DNA of 64,000 bases from positions 15,250 to 79,249 of the forward strand of contig DASYRM010000195.1 in the NCBI GenBank assembly GCA_036004405.1. The letters are read 5' to 3'. Below the pieces are notes generated by a model, which was not told the origin of the DNA, searched no databases, and saw nothing but the letters and a program-made list of their open reading frames with translations. The DNA comes from Vicinamibacterales bacterium (GTDB lineage: Bacteria > Acidobacteriota > Vicinamibacteria > Vicinamibacterales > UBA2999). The position numbers and the translations under genes are program-made. Positions 19,467-29,410 of the stretch are shown piece by piece. How positions within the stretch are numbered: the first letter of the stretch is position 1; every line of letters starts with the position of its first letter.

Positions 19467-19985
19467 ATGAAGGTCACGCGCGAGGTCATCTACGACCTGC
19501 TGCCGTCCTACTTCGCCGGCGACGCGAGCGACGACACGCGCGCGCTCGTCGAAGCCTATTTCGAGACCGATCCCGAGTTCGGCCGCATGGCGGCACGCTT
19601 TCACGCGATGGTGGCCGACCGCCAGCAGTCGAGATCCGACGCGGGAATCGACGCGGAGGCGACGGCGCGAGAGCGCGAGACGTTCGCGTGTGCGCGCAAG
19701 GCCGCGGAGCTGCCGACGCAGGCGCGCGCCGCCGCGGTCGGGTTCGGGTTTGCGTCGCTCTTCTCGTTCGGCGTCGCGATGATGACGTGGAACGAGCGCA
19801 TGGCGTGGCGGAACCCGGGCATCCTTCTCGGCGTGATCTTTGGTGTCGTCGCGGTCGTGACGTTCGCGGCGTCGTTCCGCGTGAATCTCCATTCCTGGTG
19901 GTGGCGCGAAATGTCAGGCCTCGACGACGAGACGCTGCGGTCGGCAGGCCTGGGTGCCCGCCGGTCGCGCCAGCGCGCCCCCTGA
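19467..19985 (+). CDS. Putative membrane anti-sigma factor
   Basis: EVIYDLLPSYFAGDASDDTRALVE (zf-HC2-like without Cys), two TM helices, follows sigma. Confidence 0.72.
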   Translation: MKVTREVIYDLLPSYFAGDASDDTRALVEAYFETDPEFGRMAARFHAMVADRQQSRSDAGIDAEATARERETFACARKAAELPTQARAAAVGFGFASLFSFGVAMMTWNERMAWRNPGILLGVIFGVVAVVTFAASFRVNLHSWWWREMSGLDDETLRSAGLGARRSRQRAP

Positions 19986-20028
19986 GCCGGTTTTCCTGCC
20001 CCTGACACCTTCCTGTCAGGAGGCAGTC

Positions 20029-20712
20029 GTGACCCACACGTTCCGCCGCGCGCTCGTCGTGTTCCTGGTCATGGCCGCCTGGACGAGCCAGGCCGCCGCG
20101 CAAACTCCATCCACTGTGCCGTCGCGCTCGCTGGTGCCCGCCGCGTTCCCGCGCTGGGACTTGAGCGGAGGTCTGGGCATGCTCAACGTCTCGACCCACG
20201 ATGCCCGGAGCTCATGGGGAAGCTGGAACCAGAAGTTCGAGTATCGGACAGGCCTCGGCCGCTACTGGACGACTCACCTGAGAACCGACATCTCGGTGAG
20301 CACCTCGAACCGCTGGGACGACATTGAGGTGGCGGCGTTTCCGGTGCCCGGCGTCGCTGCCCCGATCTACACGTACACCAACGTCGAGCAGCGCCTGACC
20401 ACCGTGGCCCCGGCGCTCACCTGGCAGTTCCGCGAGAACACGTTCATGCACCCGTACGTCAGCGCCGGTGTGCAGGCGGAGATTCTGCAGCAGCGTCGCC
20501 TGCGATCGCCCGATATCTTCCGCTCGACCGTGGCGTCGGGGCCGCCGATCGACGAACGGACCACGACGATTCTGGGCCGTCCCTTCGTTGCCGGCGGCTT
20601 CAAGTCGTACCTCTCGCGTTCGGTGTTCGTGCGCACCGAAGGGCGTGTCGCGCTGGCGTCCACCGGCCCCCGGCAGGTGTCGATCGTGGCCGGCATCGGC
20701 TTCGACTTTTAG
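20029..20712 (+). CDS. Outer-membrane beta-barrel protein
   Basis: AGGAGG + GTG, signal peptide, HPYVSAGV, terminal GIGFDF. Confidence 0.78.
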   Translation: MTHTFRRALVVFLVMAAWTSQAAAQTPSTVPSRSLVPAAFPRWDLSGGLGMLNVSTHDARSSWGSWNQKFEYRTGLGRYWTTHLRTDISVSTSNRWDDIEVAAFPVPGVAAPIYTYTNVEQRLTTVAPALTWQFRENTFMHPYVSAGVQAEILQQRRLRSPDIFRSTVASGPPIDERTTTILGRPFVAGGFKSYLSRSVFVRTEGRVALASTGPRQVSIVAGIGFDF

Positions 20713-20724
20713 GAGGGCACCACG

Positions 20725-21111
20725 ATGACGACCAACAATCACGTGCTGCGCGTGCTCACGATCGTGGCGCTGACGCTGGCGCTCGCGGCGCCGGCGCGGG
20801 CACAGGAGCCGGGCGACTGGCGGCAGATGACGGCGGCGCTGCAGCCGGGCACACGACTCGAACTGCACCTCAAGGACGGCAGTCACGTCGACGGCAGGCT
20901 GGTGGTCCAGGACGCGGACGTGCTGGTCGTGAATCCGCGGACGCGCATCCCCGTGGCGCCGTGGCGCGTGTCGTACTCGGAGATTGACTCGATCGAGATT
21001 CACCGGCGCGAGGGGCTGTCGCCCGGCGCCAAGGTGCTGCTCGGTCTCGGCGCCGGCGCGGCGGCCGTGTTCGTCGGCCTCTTGATTGCGGTGGCGGCGA
21101 TTTCCGACTGA
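20725..21111 (+). CDS. Exported hypothetical protein with C-terminal TM
   Basis: AGGAGG RBS, signal peptide ARA-Q, LHLKDGSHVDGRL. Confidence 0.72.
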   Translation: MTTNNHVLRVLTIVALTLALAAPARAQEPGDWRQMTAALQPGTRLELHLKDGSHVDGRLVVQDADVLVVNPRTRIPVAPWRVSYSEIDSIEIHRREGLSPGAKVLLGLGAGAAAVFVGLLIAVAAISD

Positions 21112-21162
21112 GTTGGCGATTAGCCCGAACCGCGACGGGCGGAGTAACATTCCCGGTTTCTC

Positions 21163-21654
21163 ATGCCTGATCCGAAGCCGCTCGTTGCCGTGGTCATGGG
21201 CTCCACGTCCGATTGGGAGACGATGAAGCACGCCGTTGACGTCCTGGAGCAGTTCGGCGTGCCGCAGGAGCATCACGTCGTGTCGGCGCATCGCACACCG
21301 GTGTGGATGGCCGAGTTCGCGGGCGGCGCCGAGGCCCGCGGCATCGAGGTGATCATCGCGGGCGCCGGCGGTGCGGCGCACCTGCCCGGCATGGTCGCCG
21401 CCCACACCGTGGTGCCGGTGCTCGGCGTGCCCGTGCAGAGCGCCGCCCTGCAGGGGCTCGACTCGCTGCTCTCGATCGTGCAGATGCCGGGCGGTGTGCC
21501 GGTGGGCGTGCTCGCGATCGGCAAGGCCGGCGCTACCAATGCCGGGCTGCTGGCGGTGTCCATCCTGTCGAATTCGCGGCCGGAGCTGCGCGTGAAGCTG
21601 CGCGCGTTCCGCGAGGAGCAGACGCAGAAGGTCAGGCAAGAACAGCTCCCATGA
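21163..21654 (+). CDS. purE: N5-CAIR mutase
   Basis: [40 protein letters not shown]. Confidence 0.97.
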   Translation: MPDPKPLVAVVMGSTSDWETMKHAVDVLEQFGVPQEHHVVSAHRTPVWMAEFAGGAEARGIEVIIAGAGGAAHLPGMVAAHTVVPVLGVPVQSAALQGLDSLLSIVQMPGGVPVGVLAIGKAGATNAGLLAVSILSNSRPELRVKLRAFREEQTQKVRQEQLP

Positions 21655-22778
21655 TTGGCCCTGGCTCGGTGCTCGGCGTGCTCGGCAGCGGGCAGCTCGG
21701 GCGCATGTTCACGATTGCGGCGCGACGCATGGGCTATCGCGTCCACACGTTTTCTCCCGAGTCCGACACGCCCACCGGTCAGGTGGCCGACGTCGAAGTG
21801 ACGGCGCCCTACGACGATCTCGACGCGCTGAAGGCCTTCGCGCGCCGCGTGTCGGTCGTCACCTTTGAATTCGAGAACGTGCCGAGCGCCGCCACGAGCG
21901 CCATCGAATCGATCGTCACGGTGCGGCCGTCGCCCGAGGCGCTGCACATCTCGCAGCAGCGCGCGCGCGAGAAGCAGTTCCTCGCCGACCGCGGGTTTCC
22001 CACCGTGCCGTTTGCCGTGGCCACGACGCAGGCCGAGCTCGCCTCCGGGTTGGCGCGCATCGGCACCCCGGCCATCGTGAAGACCGCCGAGTCCGGCTAC
22101 GACGGCAAAGGGCAGCAGGTCGCCGGGTCGGCCGACGAGGCCGGACGGATCTGGTCGTCGCTCGGTGCGCAGGTGCTGGTCGTCGAGAAACGCATCAACC
22201 TGCAGGCCGAGCTGTCGGTGATCGCGGCCCGCGGCTTGTACGGCGACGTGGCGCAGTTTCCGCTCTTCGAGAACCGCCACCGCAATCACATCCTCGACCT
22301 GACCACCGCGCCCGCCGCCGTGCCGCCCGCGGTGGCCGCGCGGGGCACCGAGATTGCCCGCGGCATCCTCGACGCGCTGGACTACGTGGGCGTGCTCTGC
22401 ATCGAGTTCTTCCTGAGCACCGACGGCGACTTGATGGTCAACGAGCTGGCGCCGCGCCCGCACAACTCCGGACACCTGACGTTCGACGCCGCGGTCACCA
22501 GCCAGTTCGAGCAGCAGGTGCGCGCCATCTGCGGCCTGCCGCTCGGGTCGGCGGAGCTCCTGCGGCCGGCGGCCATGGCCAACCTGCTCGGCGATCTGTG
22601 GGCGGAGGGCGAGCCCGATTGGGTCGCGGCCTGCCGCCAGCCCGATATAAAGCTCCACCTGTACGGCAAGATCACGCCCAAGCCTGGGCGGAAGATGGGG
22701 CACCTGACGGCCATGGGCCGCACCGTGCTCGAAGCGCAGGACCGCGTGATTTCCGCGCGCGACGCGCTGCTGCGGTAA
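21651..22778 (+). CDS. purK: N5-CAIR synthase
   Basis: [39 protein letters not shown]...GRKMGH. Confidence 0.97.
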   Translation: MIGPGSVLGVLGSGQLGRMFTIAARRMGYRVHTFSPESDTPTGQVADVEVTAPYDDLDALKAFARRVSVVTFEFENVPSAATSAIESIVTVRPSPEALHISQQRAREKQFLADRGFPTVPFAVATTQAELASGLARIGTPAIVKTAESGYDGKGQQVAGSADEAGRIWSSLGAQVLVVEKRINLQAELSVIAARGLYGDVAQFPLFENRHRNHILDLTTAPAAVPPAVAARGTEIARGILDALDYVGVLCIEFFLSTDGDLMVNELAPRPHNSGHLTFDAAVTSQFEQQVRAICGLPLGSAELLRPAAMANLLGDLWAEGEPDWVAACRQPDIKLHLYGKITPKPGRKMGHLTAMGRTVLEAQDRVISARDALLR

Positions 22779-22789
22779 ATTCAACGCGC

Positions 22790-24196
22790 GTGACGCGCTT
22801 TCAATTCGGCGATTTCGAGCTCGACGCCGCGGCCGGGCGTTTGACGCAGGCCGGTACCCCGGTGGTGCTGCCGGCGCGCCACGTCGAGGTGCTGGCGGCC
22901 CTCCTCGCGCACGCCGGCGAGGTGGTGTCGAAGGACGCGCTCGTCGAAGCCGCGTGGCGCGACGTGGCCGTCACCGACAACAGCCTCGAACAGGCGATCT
23001 CGTCGCTGCGCCGCGCGCTGGCGGCGCCCGGCAGCGGCGCCTCGATCGAGACCGTGCCGCGGCAGGGCTACCGCTTTGCCGGCGCGGTGCAGCGGGTGAC
23101 GCCGCGCGCCACCGACGACGCGCTCGAGGCGCTCATCGCTCCCTATCGTGCCTTCGTCGAAGGGCGGGCGGCGCTCGAGTCGCTGTCGGTCGATCGCGTG
23201 ATCGAGGCGGCGGGCGCTTTCAACACGGTGCTTGCGGCGTCGCCCGACAACGCCGCCGCCCACATCGGCATGGCCACCGCGAACGTGATGCGCTTCGAGA
23301 TGACGCGCGCCGATCCGTCGCCGGACCTCGACGCCCTGGCCGCGGCGACCAATCACGCACGCGAGTCGTGCCGTCTCGACCCGCGCTACGGCGAGGCCTG
23401 GGCCACGCTCGGCTTCGTGCTCGAGCGGACCGGCGCGGGCGTGGATGCCGTGGCCGCGCTGTCGCGTGCGGTGTCGCTCGAGCCCGACAACTGGCGGCAC
23501 CATCTGCGGCTGGCGGCGGTCAGCTGGGGAGAGGCGCGCCTGCGTGCCGCCCAGCGGACGTTGACGCTGCTGCCCGGCTGTCCGCTGGCGCACTGGCTTG
23601 CGGCCACGGTGCACGTGGCCCGTCAGTCGCTCGACGAGGCCGAGCGCGAGCTGATGGCCGGATGCGCGGGCGTTGCCGCCGCGGGTGCCGAGACGCGCTT
23701 CAGCGGCGTGGCGCTGGAGTGGCTGCTCGGTCTGATTTGGCTGTCGCGCCGCGACGCGGCCGCGGCGCGCCAGCACTTCGAGCGCGAGCTTGCCGCGGAG
23801 GCCGGCGGCCATCTGTACGCGCGCGAGTGCTGCGCCAACGTCTGGTACGCCATCGGCGCCATGCGCTGGCGAGACGGCGACCGCGCCGGCGCCAACGACG
23901 CCTTCGCGCAGGCGCTCCAGCGCGTCGAGGGGCATGCGCTGGCGTCGATCATGATGCAGCGGCCGCCTGTGTCTCAGACCGGCCCACGTACGAGCCCGAT
24001 CGACGTCGCCGTCGCGCGCGCCGTGGCGCTCACGGCCGCGGGGCAGCACGCCCAGGCGGCCGCCACGGTCGATGCCGCGCTGGCCGCCGCGCCACCAGCC
24101 AGCGCCGGCTGGATCCTGCCGGTGGAACCGATGCTGCAGGCTGGCGGTCCCGACTGGGCGCCGGCCTTCGCACGCCTGCGCAGCGGCGCGGCTTGA
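22790..24196 (+). CDS. CadC/OmpR-type winged-helix regulator with TPR domain
   Basis: FQFGDFELD, VVSKDAL..W.DVAVTDNSLEQAISSLRRAL, IETVPRQGYRF, followed by TPR-like repeats. Confidence 0.87.
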   Translation: MTRFQFGDFELDAAAGRLTQAGTPVVLPARHVEVLAALLAHAGEVVSKDALVEAAWRDVAVTDNSLEQAISSLRRALAAPGSGASIETVPRQGYRFAGAVQRVTPRATDDALEALIAPYRAFVEGRAALESLSVDRVIEAAGAFNTVLAASPDNAAAHIGMATANVMRFEMTRADPSPDLDALAAATNHARESCRLDPRYGEAWATLGFVLERTGAGVDAVAALSRAVSLEPDNWRHHLRLAAVSWGEARLRAAQRTLTLLPGCPLAHWLAATVHVARQSLDEAERELMAGCAGVAAAGAETRFSGVALEWLLGLIWLSRRDAAAARQHFERELAAEAGGHLYARECCANVWYAIGAMRWRDGDRAGANDAFAQALQRVEGHALASIMMQRPPVSQTGPRTSPIDVAVARAVALTAAGQHAQAAATVDAALAAAPPASAGWILPVEPMLQAGGPDWAPAFARLRSGAA

Positions 24197-24286
24197 TTCA
24201 GTCCGGGACGCATTTCAGTACTTTTCAGGCCGCGCGTCAGGACTCCGCGGCGGCTCGCATTGCACCATCGATTCATGGAGGTGCGT

Positions 24287-24805
24287 ATGCGTCATGCCGT
24301 GATCGTCCTCATGTGTCTCGCGTCAGTCGGGGTCGCGTCGGCCCAGAATGTCCTCGATCCCCCCGGGTTCACCAAGACCGTCAACCTGTCGGGCCCGCGC
24401 TTCGGGATGACGGCGCTCAGCCCCGGCGTCGTCGCGGAGCTGCAGAAGCGGAAGATCGACGTCGACGCCAACATCTCGCAGTTCGGCTGGCAGTTCGAAC
24501 GGCAGTTCTATTCCCGCGACAGCGGCGTCGCCGCCGTCAACGAATGGGTCGTCCTGCTTGGCGGCCTCGATCAGGGCGTCGTGCTGCCGAGTCTCAGCTG
24601 GCTGGTCGGCCTGCGAACCCGGGAAGGCGCCGAGTTCGGCATCGGTCCCAACGTCACGCCCGCCGGCGTGGCCCTGGCCGTCGCCGCCGGCGTGACGTTC
24701 CGCGCCGGCAATCTGAACGTGCCGATGAACGTGGCGGTGGTGCCCTCGAAGGTCGGCACGCGCATCAGCGTGCTCACCGGCTTCAACATGCGCCGGCGGC
24801 GGTGA
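24287..24805 (+). CDS. Exported hypothetical beta-rich protein
   Basis: GGAGG RBS, signal peptide ASA-Q, LSGPRFG, SQFGWQFE. Confidence 0.78.
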   Translation: MRHAVIVLMCLASVGVASAQNVLDPPGFTKTVNLSGPRFGMTALSPGVVAELQKRKIDVDANISQFGWQFERQFYSRDSGVAAVNEWVVLLGGLDQGVVLPSLSWLVGLRTREGAEFGIGPNVTPAGVALAVAAGVTFRAGNLNVPMNVAVVPSKVGTRISVLTGFNMRRRR

Positions 24806-24815
24806 CGCACGCATC

Positions 24816-24886
24816 GTAGGGGCCGCCTTCAGGCGGCCCGTCAACGGGCCACCTGAAGGTGGCCCCTACGACACGGTGGCCCCTAC
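24816..24886. repeat. Inverted REP doublet plus extra half REP
   Basis: GTAGGGGCCGCCTTCAGGCGGCCC GTCAAC GGGCCACCTGAAGGTGGCCCCTAC GACAC GGTGGCCCCTAC; last CTA is the acylase stop. Confidence 0.88.
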
Positions 24887-27321
24887 GGTGCGAGCGTGAG
24901 CGTGTAGCGGGTGGGTCCCGGCAGGAACGGCGTGGGCTCGCCACGGGCCCACGCGTCGTGCGAGTTCCGATAGAACGGCGACAGCGGGTGACCGCTCTGG
25001 CCGGTCGGCATGTGCATGATGCCGGCGCGCTCGTTGCCGGGCGACACGACCATCCGTTCCGACGCGCCGTTGGTGTTCCAGTGCATCCGCGGCGTGAACA
25101 GATCGCCGGGGAATTTGCCCGCCGGCATGTCGAGCCACCGGCTCACGAACGGCAGCGACCCCGACAGCGGATGGCGGAAGGCGATGACGTTGTAATCGGA
25201 CCACTTCTTCCGCGACAGATCCCCCGAGCTGTTCTCCATCGCGTCCTGGATGATGGCGTCGATCGACGCCGTCATCAGGTCGCTCCACGACCCGTAGCGC
25301 GGGTTGAGCAGGTGCGCCGGCCGTTCGCTCACCAGCTTCCAGATGGCGCCTTCGCGCCGGCGGATGCGCGTGTAGTCGAAGGCGGGGTCGGCCTCGTAGC
25401 AGTCGGCCAGCACGAACGACGTGACGCGGTCGATCACCTGATCGCGGAACAAGCGCGTGAGGCGGTACGCCGCCGAATCCGGCGACGCCTCGCCGGTCCA
25501 GTCCTTCTCGACGATGTCGCGGAAACTCGCCCGCGCGGCGTCGCCGGCCACGTTGTCCGACGTGAGGTGGCGCAGGATGAGGTCGCGCCAGCGTGACAGG
25601 AACGTCGATCGCGCGTCGAGCTGGATGTCGAGCATGTCGCGCGCGGTGAACTGCTCGCGCTCGCGCAGGCGGTCGCGTATCTCGCGGGCGCGCGCCCCGA
25701 CGTCGTAGTTGCCGTCGCCGAGGGTGTGGAGAAAGCTGCCGTCCACCACGCGCGCGTTGGCGGTCCACAGGCGTCCGCCCGGGGGATCGACGATGCGCGG
25801 GTACTCGGCGGGGGTGAGCCAGCCGTTCCATCCGCGCCAGCCGTCGGCCCATGATTCGGGCAGCGCGCCCTCGAGGGCGATCCGCCGCGGCAGCGAACCA
25901 TAGATGGTCCAGCCCACGCGGCCGCTGCGATCGGCCGCCACCATGTTCTGCGCCGGCGTGCCGAGCGCGTTGGCGGCGTCGAGCACCTCTTCCAGCGTGC
26001 GCGCCGCTTCGAGGCGCAGCACCGACGTGGCGAGCCGTTCCGCCGAATGCGCCGTCCACGCGTAGGCCCGCAGCCGTCCTTTGTGATCGGTGCCGAGCAC
26101 CGGTCCCCACATCGTCCAGCGTGCGACGAAGGTGACGGGGCTGCCGCCCTTCACCTCGATGGTCTCCCGATAATGATCGAAGGCCCGCCAGCCCCACGGC
26201 GTCATGTACCGGCTGGGGTCCATGGGATCGACTTCGAGCAGCACGAGATCCCCGGTGTCCGTCTGCGCGTTGGTGAACCCCCAGGCGACGTAGGTGTTGC
26301 TGCCGGCCACGAGCGTCGGGTGCCCCGGCAGTGTGATGCCTTCGAGGAGCCGCGTCTGCGACGAATCCAATTCGTCGCGCCACTCGAGCACGGCGCGATA
26401 CCACGTGTTGGGTACGCGGATGTCGAGGTGCATGTCGTTGGCCACCAGGGCCCGCCCGTCGGGTGTGAGCTCGCGCGACACCGCCCAGCTGTTGCTGCCG
26501 AGGGCGGCGTCGCCGGGCGTGGAGGCCCACGGGTTCGGCGCGTCGTTGGCGGCCCTCTCGCGCTCGTGTTGCAGGTCGATCTCGGGGCGCCCGTTGCGCT
26601 TGCGCCGCAGGTTGTACACCTCGGGCCCGGGCACGTCGGCGGTGGCAATCGACTCGCCGATCATCGGCGAGTCCCATTCCGTGCCGCGCGGCGCGAGCAG
26701 GTCGAACATCTGTGGCGGCAGCACGTCGTGCATCGTCGCCAGCATCGACTCGTAGGCGCCGTCCGGGTCCTGGAGCGTCACGAACATCGAGAGCACGACG
26801 AGCAGACTGTCCTCGGCCGTCCACGGCTGAGGCGTCTGCCGCAGGATCAGATACTCGAACGGGCTGGCGCCGAGCGCCGCCAGCCCGCGGTTGACGCCGG
26901 CGGTGTAGGCCTCGAGCACGGTGCGATCGCGGGGCGACATCAGGGCCAGCGCCCGCTGGGCCTCGTCGCGGAACCGGTGCACGCGCACCTGGCGGTCGAG
27001 CCGCACCGCGGCGTCGCCGACCAGGGCGGCCAGCTCGCCCGCGGCTCGCCGCCGGGCCAAATCCATCTGGAAGAACCGATCCTGCGCGTGGACGAAGCCG
27101 GTGGCGCGGGCCACGTCCTCTCGGGAAATGCCGCGGATGGTGGGGATGCCCAGGGCGTCGCGCTCCACGGTCACGGCCGACTGCAGACCGCGGACGCGAA
27201 CGGTGCCGTTGATCACCGGCAGGCTGGCGCGAAGCTTTGTCCGGGCCCAGTACCCGCCTCCGGCCAGCACGACGGCCAGCACGATCCCGGCGATGACGAC
27301 GACACGGACGGCCTTACGCAT
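24883..27321 (-). CDS. Penicillin acylase family (Ntn hydrolase, S45)
   Basis: RDALGIP, GFVHAQDRFFQMDL.RR, GSNSWAV, ANDMHL, GQSGHPLSP. Confidence 0.94.
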   Translation of the reverse strand: MRKAVRVVVIAGIVLAVVLAGGGYWARTKLRASLPVINGTVRVRGLQSAVTVERDALGIPTIRGISREDVARATGFVHAQDRFFQMDLARRRAAGELAALVGDAAVRLDRQVRVHRFRDEAQRALALMSPRDRTVLEAYTAGVNRGLAALGASPFEYLILRQTPQPWTAEDSLLVVLSMFVTLQDPDGAYESMLATMHDVLPPQMFDLLAPRGTEWDSPMIGESIATADVPGPEVYNLRRKRNGRPEIDLQHERERAANDAPNPWASTPGDAALGSNSWAVSRELTPDGRALVANDMHLDIRVPNTWYRAVLEWRDELDSSQTRLLEGITLPGHPTLVAGSNTYVAWGFTNAQTDTGDLVLLEVDPMDPSRYMTPWGWRAFDHYRETIEVKGGSPVTFVARWTMWGPVLGTDHKGRLRAYAWTAHSAERLATSVLRLEAARTLEEVLDAANALGTPAQNMVAADRSGRVGWTIYGSLPRRIALEGALPESWADGWRGWNGWLTPAEYPRIVDPPGGRLWTANARVVDGSFLHTLGDGNYDVGARAREIRDRLREREQFTARDMLDIQLDARSTFLSRWRDLILRHLTSDNVAGDAARASFRDIVEKDWTGEASPDSAAYRLTRLFRDQVIDRVTSFVLADCYEADPAFDYTRIRRREGAIWKLVSERPAHLLNPRYGSWSDLMTASIDAIIQDAMENSSGDLSRKKWSDYNVIAFRHPLSGSLPFVSRWLDMPAGKFPGDLFTPRMHWNTNGASERMVVSPGNERAGIMHMPTGQSGHPLSPFYRNSHDAWARGEPTPFLPGPTRYTLTLAP

Positions 27322-27409
27322 GGGGAGATCCCTGATTTTACCCAGCGCCGGTATCCGCGGCGGCCATTTCCAGGCCGCGCGCGAAGTACAAGAGAATGAC
27401 GACTGACCG

Positions 27410-28624
27410 ATGCAGACGCGCTACGGGCAGTCCCCCTGGATTGCCGCCTATCCCGCCAGCAAGCGACCGTCGTTTCCCAGGCTCCGCGGCGAGCACGCCG
27501 CCGACGTCGTCATCGTCGGGGCCGGCCTTACGGGTTGCGCCACGGCCGTGGCGTGCGCGTTGGCGGGCCTGAAGCCGCTCGTTATCGAGGCCGAGCGCAC
27601 GGGACACCTGGCGGGCCGGACGTCAGGACTGCTGCTGCCCGATCCGGGCCCGTCCTTCCGCGACATTGCCAGGCGCCACGGATTGCGGGCCGCCAAGCTG
27701 GTGTTCGGGACGTGGCGGCGATCGGCGCTCGATGCCGCCGCACAGCTGAGGCGGCTGTCGATTTCGTGCAACCTGGAGCCGCGCGAGAGCCTGATCGTCG
27801 GGCCGCAGGACGACAACAAGGGGCTGCTGCGCGAGTACGACGCGCGCGAGGCGGCCGGCGTCGCGGCGGCGTGGCTGACACGCCGCCAGATCAGCGCGCT
27901 GACGCCGCTCGACGTGTCGGCGGCCATGCGCTCGCGCGACGGGTTCCTGCTGGATCCCTACCGCGCCTGTCTCGGCCTGGCGAACGCCGCCGCCAAACGC
28001 GGGGCCGCCTTCTTCGAACAGAGTCGCGTGAAGAAAGTCCGTGTCGCGCGGCGGCACGTCGAAATCGTCGTGGACGGCGGGCTCGTCAAGGCTGGCACCA
28101 TCATCGTGGCCACCGGCACGGCCACGGCGGAGTTCCGCCCCCTGCGCCGCCACTTCAAGATGCGCGAGGTGTATCACGCTCTCACCGAGCCGATGCCGGC
28201 CGCGCTCCGCAAGCAGGTCGGCAATCGCAGCGTGACGGTGAAGGATCCGGCTGGCGCCGGCCGCCGCCTGGTGTGGACGCCCGACGGACGGCTGCTGGTG
28301 CTCGGAGGCGATCAGGACGAGACCCCGCCGCGCCGCCGGCCCGACGTCCTCGTGCAGCGCACGGGTCAACTGATGTACGAGGCGCTGACGATGTATCCCG
28401 CCATTGCCGGCCTGCGGCCCGAGTGGGGTTGGGAAGCGTCGTACGGCGAAACCGCCGACGGGATTCCGTACATCGGCCCTCACCGCAACTACCCGCGGCA
28501 TCTGTTTGCGTTCGGCGGCGCGGGCGATTCGCTGACGGGCGCATTTCTCGCCGCGCGCGTTCTCGTGCGAGCGCTGCAGGGCGCGCCGGAGAAAAGCGAT
28601 CAGGTGTTCGGGTGGACGCGATGA
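27410..28624 (+). CDS. FAD-dependent oxidoreductase (DAO family)
   Basis: DVVIVGAGLTG, IVATG, TADGIPYIGPH. Confidence 0.88.
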   Translation: MQTRYGQSPWIAAYPASKRPSFPRLRGEHAADVVIVGAGLTGCATAVACALAGLKPLVIEAERTGHLAGRTSGLLLPDPGPSFRDIARRHGLRAAKLVFGTWRRSALDAAAQLRRLSISCNLEPRESLIVGPQDDNKGLLREYDAREAAGVAAAWLTRRQISALTPLDVSAAMRSRDGFLLDPYRACLGLANAAAKRGAAFFEQSRVKKVRVARRHVEIVVDGGLVKAGTIIVATGTATAEFRPLRRHFKMREVYHALTEPMPAALRKQVGNRSVTVKDPAGAGRRLVWTPDGRLLVLGGDQDETPPRRRPDVLVQRTGQLMYEALTMYPAIAGLRPEWGWEASYGETADGIPYIGPHRNYPRHLFAFGGAGDSLTGAFLAARVLVRALQGAPEKSDQVFGWTR

Positions 28625-29373
28625 GCGCCGCGCCGGGCCTTGCCCCGAGCGGAGTCGAGGGGCCGGTGGACGTGCTCGTCTTCGGTCCGCACCCCGACGA
28701 CATCGAGATCGGCATCGGCGGTACCGTCGCCAAGCACGCGCGCCTCGGGCACCGCGTCGGGCTGTGCGATCTCACCGCCGGCGAGATGGGCAGCAACGGC
28801 ACCGTGACCGAGCGGCTGGGCGAAGCCGAGGCCGCACGCACGGTGCTCGGCGCTTCGTGGCGCACCAACCTCCGGCTGCCGGATCGCGCCATCGGATCGA
28901 GCCCCGAGCACCTCCGCGCCATCGCCGGCCTGGTGCGGTGCGCACGCCCGCGGTGCGTGGCCGTGCCCTACTGGTCCGACCGCCATCCCGATCACGTGCG
29001 GGCCAGCGAACTGCTCACCGAGGCGGTCTTCAGCGCCGCGCTCCGCCGCTTCGATGCGCCCGGCGAGGCGTGGAAGCCGGGCGCCGTCTTCTACTACTTC
29101 ATCAACGATCACGTGGCGCCCTCCTTCGTCGTGGACGTGAGCGACGACTACGAGACGAAGCGGCGCGCGCTGGCCTGCCACGCCAGCCAGTTCGCGCCGG
29201 CGGGTGCGGATGCGGTGGCGACGCGGCTCACGTCGAGCCGGTTTCAACAGCTGATCGAAAGCCGCGACGCGCAGTTCGGCGCCCAGGCGCAGGTGGCCTT
29301 CGCGGAAGGCTTCGTCACCCGGCAGTTGATTGTGAAGCCCCACCTCCTCGAGGGACTCAGGACTCAGGACTGA
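28621..29373 (+). CDS. bshB1: Bacillithiol biosynthesis deacetylase
   Basis: GPHPDDIE, DLTAGEMGSNGT, DRHPDH, HASQF, AEGF; adjacent to bshA. Confidence 0.88.
   Translation: MSAAPGLAPSGVEGPVDVLVFGPHPDDIEIGIGGTVAKHARLGHRVGLCDLTAGEMGSNGTVTERLGEAEAARTVLGASWRTNLRLPDRAIGSSPEHLRAIAGLVRCARPRCVAVPYWSDRHPDHVRASELLTEAVFSAALRRFDAPGEAWKPGAVFYYFINDHVAPSFVVDVSDDYETKRRALACHASQFAPAGADAVATRLTSSRFQQLIESRDAQFGAQAQVAFAEGFVTRQLIVKPHLLEGLRTQD
28638..28662 (+). repeat. Short palindromic repeat of a second family in bshB1 N-terminus
   Basis: CCTTGCCCCGAGCGGAGTCGAGGGG, translated LAPSGVEG ahead of the conserved domain. Confidence 0.55.
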
Positions 29374-29410
29374 GGACCAAGGACGGACCAGGAACCAGGG
29401 ACCAAGGACC
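29353..29410 (+). repeat. Degenerate heptamer tandem repeat (GGACYMA-like)
   Basis: GGACTCA GGACTCA GGACTGA GGACCAA GGAC GGACCAG GAACCAG GGACCAA GGACC spanning bshB1 stop to bshA start. Confidence 0.8.

Noticed and set aside
27351..27379. GTAT-led GCGGCC/GGCCGC hairpin
   Set aside because: Too degenerate to assign to the REP family
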